Positions 60,401-64,000 of a stretch of 64,000 nucleotides of DNA are shown one piece after another. The DNA is from Marsupella aquatica. Taxonomy: Eukaryota > Plantae > Marchantiophyta. A model generated the notes under the pieces. The model searched no databases, was not told where the DNA came from, and saw nothing but the letters and a program-made list of their open reading frames with translations. The translations under genes and the position numbers were made by a program. Location: NCBI GenBank assembly GCA_973895155.1, contig OZ316898.1, positions 9,623,761-9,687,760 on the forward strand. Reading direction: 5' to 3'. Position 1 is the first letter of the stretch; every line of letters begins with the position of its first letter.

Positions 60401-62306
60401 CGCTGGGATCCCAAGACTAATCTTTCAGCTGTCCAAATCAGAGCAAAGACGGCAGTGGCGATGTGGCCTTTCCACCAGTGAAGGAGGGGGCCCCATTTTC
60501 TGTGGCCCATGCAAAGTCGAGCAAGGTTAGGTCTCTTACATCATAAATGCTATCACGTCTTCACTTAAGTTACTGTCATTGAATAAACAATCTTAAGTTA
60601 CTGTCAGTGGATAAACATTCGTAGGTTTGTCTGGCGGGGGCTATACTTAGTACTTTTCTCTGGTCGTGATCACCATTGTCACTTTTGCAACGATCTTATT
60701 GCAGAGTGAGAGCTTCCCTTCGTTAAAATAAAATGGACTGCTTGATTGGTTCTTCGAAAGATATATACTAGCAGTTTAGTACGACTGTTGAGTCATTATC
60801 TACTTAGTGTTCTGTTTCTTTGCTGAAAAGTATCACTGGTTTTAGCAGCATAAAATAACTCTTCTACAATGCTATGCTAGGTCCTCTCCTTACGGTGTGG
60901 CAAGGACTTGGCATTGACGTCTGCTTTTGTAATGGCAGAGCAACCCAATTGCAAGATGGCACGTCTGTAATGGTGCAATCAATGGAATTGCTTTCTCACC
61001 TAACGGCATGTACATGGCTGTAGTTGGTAGGGACGGTATGTCATCTAAATCTTGTTGTAGAGTGAGTTGAGTTGGGCATGATCTGTCTTTCAGCACTGAC
61101 GTCACTGATAATTATTTAGCTCAATACCTTGTACATAAATGAAGTTGATCCAGCGGCATTGTATTGCAGGTTATCTAAGAGTCTTCGACTTTGATAAGGA
61201 GCTTCTTGTTTGTGGGTGCAAGAGCTATTTCGGGTCTCTTCTTTGTTGCGCATGGAGGTAACCTTTGCTTCAGCATTTTATGTCCTCTGGTAGCATTTCT
61301 TTCGGAGAAGTTCTTGGACATATAGACTTTCTCGCCGTGAAGGAGTTTCTAAAGTTCTTGAGAGGCTGAGACTTTCGATGTACTTTTGTTCTCTGTGCAC
61401 GGACAGCCCGGATGGCAAGTATGTGTTGACTGGAGGGGAGGATGACCTGGTGCAAGTTTGGAGTATGGAAGATCAACGAGTTGTTGCCTGGGGTGAGGGT
61501 CATAACTCTTGGGTAAGTTTTCAATATTTGAAGAGACAATGTCTTTTTGGAAACTGTTAATGCTTTAGTGACATTGAAGGATTTAGTCAACACTATCTTG
61601 TCTTTCTGACTTCCAGGTTGTCGTTCCTCCAGGTCAGTGCAGTTGAGTTTGATCCGTATTGGACTGCACCACCTTCGGACGAAAGTGGGGAATCAATAAC
61701 CTATCGATTTGGTTCTGTTGGTCAGGTAAGAAACTAGAAGCTCGTGGTTTGCTGATGTATCAAATGCTTGTCATGATTTAACGCTTCATGTCAATGACTT
61801 GCTCTGCAAGATTGACTTGCTTCAGCTCCGAGCCTTCGTAAAGATTTGTTCCGAGTCCGCTTTCTGAACCTACAGAATCGTGTGGGTTTGTCTTTGGGAT
61901 TCAGGATACGCAGTTGCTTTTGTGGGACCTCGCTATGGATGAGGTGGTGGTTCCTCTTCGAAAACTTGCAGGCAACCTGTCAGGATCGCCTGTGTATAGT
62001 GCGGGAGGGCAGTCTGCACAATGGGAGGGTGCCCAACAAATGGGACAACTCCATCCTGCCCCTGTTCGTAAGGAAGTGCCTAAGCTTGCACCAGTGATGG
62101 CACATCGGGTGCATGCTGAGCCACTGGCGGGGTTAATTTTTACTAAAGAGGCCATTTTGACATCGTGCCACGAAGGGCATGTAAAGATTTGGGAGAGGCC
62201 AGGACCGCAAGGGGATAGCCCTGCTAGCAATTCAGATAATTCTGTTGCAATCTCTAAAGAGAAGCAGCAGCCGGTCAAGAGTGGTCTTTCACAATTTAAA
62301 CAATGA
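57491..62306 (+). CDS. WDR20: WD40 protein WDR20/DMWD/CreC homolog; exons 57491-57628, 58370-58686, 58954-59059, 59231-59327, 60108-60204, 60442-60525, 60939-61035, 61170-61257, 61407-61512, 61633-61725 and 61905-62306
   Basis: [20 protein letters not shown]-terminus, [65 protein letters not shown]; all introns GT-AG and in phase. Confidence 0.93.
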
Positions 62307-64000
62307 TGGTTGCTTTGCTTGAGAGGCGGTTTTCTCAGAATCTCCTCTCCTTTCCTCTGTAGCATATTGCTGGACTGGAAGTGGGTAAACTTGCACCATG
62401 AGTGGGAAGGTTTGTCTCCATTCTTCGTCTCTGAAGCTGGAATCTCGTCGTTAAGTAGACATCATAACACGGTCTAAATGAGGAGTAAAAAAAGCGGCAC
62501 GTCACTATTCTTCTAATTTTGTTAATTGCCTCGACGTAGATCATATCCTGAACACAGGTTCCATTGCTTACTGCGGTGTCTTTACTGCAGCTCATGTAAT
62601 CAAAAGGTAACATGGCACGTTTGTCATCAGTATACTCTGTTCTGAGATGTTGGGCCTGTTGATGGTTGTTGTCGGACAAGGCTGCCAGTAGGTAAAATTT
62701 TGTAGGTAAGCCTTTCAGCTGCTATTCCAGGTATTTCATTCTGTCGTTCCTTTGAGTGAAAAGTCTTCAGGATTATGTGTTCCAGCTTTTAACAATCAGA
62801 TTAGTATGGAGCAAATAGAATTGAGATTTTTTATGGCAAGGGTTCACTTGCGAGATATATTCGCTGTTGGCCTCATGATACTGCTTTGATCAAGGACAGC
62901 ATTGTAATAATCACGAATGATTGCGAGTATCTGTGTGAAGTTCTTCATTTTCGTTTTTCATAGTCTCTGCGAGTATACGTGTCAAGTTGTTGATTTTTGC
63001 TTTCCATGGTCTCTGGCTTCAAACTCGGTTCTCTGATTGGTTTTGCTGTCAACCAAGCGATGGAACTGACTTTCTCTTCAGGGTTCTGCAGCATAAAGTA
63101 CACAATACAACCTCAAATTTGTATTCGAAGGACAGTGTAAAGTCGGCTTTAGGATACTACAGCATTCTAAAAATTTGCTATGTGCTATTGGATAAATAGA
63201 CAAAGCAGGGATCTGTCTGTTTATCCAATACATATTTTCTGTTTAATTCTCAAGGCAGAGTTCCTGACCTCAACGGTCACAAAGCCCTTGGCTCTCCACA
63301 TTAGATACCACTCTCCACATGGGATGCCAGCAGGCCTGTCTGAGGAGGGCCTTTAAGGCATGAAAATCTCAATTCAGAGGGCCTTAAGGCATGAAAATCT
63401 CACTGAACTGATAGCATGACATCAGTTATCTTGAGGGCAGCAAAGCAAGGGGTCAATCAAATGTGAGTTGGCTCTAAGTAAACCCAGCTTGACCCATGAG
63501 GAAGTGATGCATCACTGAATGCACCCAAGTTGGTCAGCATGAGTTACTCCTTACCCCATTGGAGATGGTTGTACTACATTCCACACGCTTTGAATAAATT
63601 GTTATGAGCATGGGTTGAATATTTATATGCAACGACCTGTATATAGGTATCATAAAGTTCTGTACAATTTCGCTCATAAATGTGAATAGTTAAATAGGTC
63701 AAACCTAGCATAACTGTGAGGAGACTAAAATTATGTACAGAATTTTACATCTTTGACAATCATGCCTTCCCACCAAAACCCCTACGCGTCTGCAAAATTT
63801 AGGCAACCTTGGTAGAGTTGCATCATGAACTTCTCTCAAGTTGTATTCATAAACCTGAGTACCACACTCAAATCCATACCAGAGTCTTGTGACGAGTGAA
63901 ATGGTTTCTTTGGAATTCCTCATTTCGTGTGATCGATGTCTAGACACCAAATTTCCGTGCCCTTGCAAAATTTAAGCAGCCATGTGTTAGTGATGCAACC

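Overview
Eukaryotic plant nuclear DNA with GT-AG introns and plant-type proteins; it looks bryophyte-like, probably a liverwort (inference). Seven conserved genes can be reconstructed: the first exon of a PAP1/24/27-type purple acid phosphatase (left edge), PRKRIP1, a plant ADP/ATP carrier, BUD31, RBM22/MAC5, a 10-exon mitoribosomal rPPR10/mS83-like gene and WDR20/CreC. Three of the seven are spliceosome catalytic-stage factors within about 36 kb. The intergenic DNA holds a complete but stop-disabled pogo-like DD36D transposon (7475-10170, 26-bp TIRs, TA TSD), a TA-flanked MITE, three copies of a tRNA-derived SINE, a probable mini-Helitron, LINE debris, CML and ARM/TPR pseudogenes, a perfect 44-bp-arm hairpin, and tandem arrays next to gene promoters. 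The best novelty candidate is an orphan minus-strand gene (35570-37736). It encodes an RS tract with only synonymous variation, a GSP repeat, and four copies of an unrecognised x-[RQ]-[GA]-D-hydrophobic motif shared between two ORFs that can be spliced in frame. All homology calls come from recognising motifs by eye, not from database searches.
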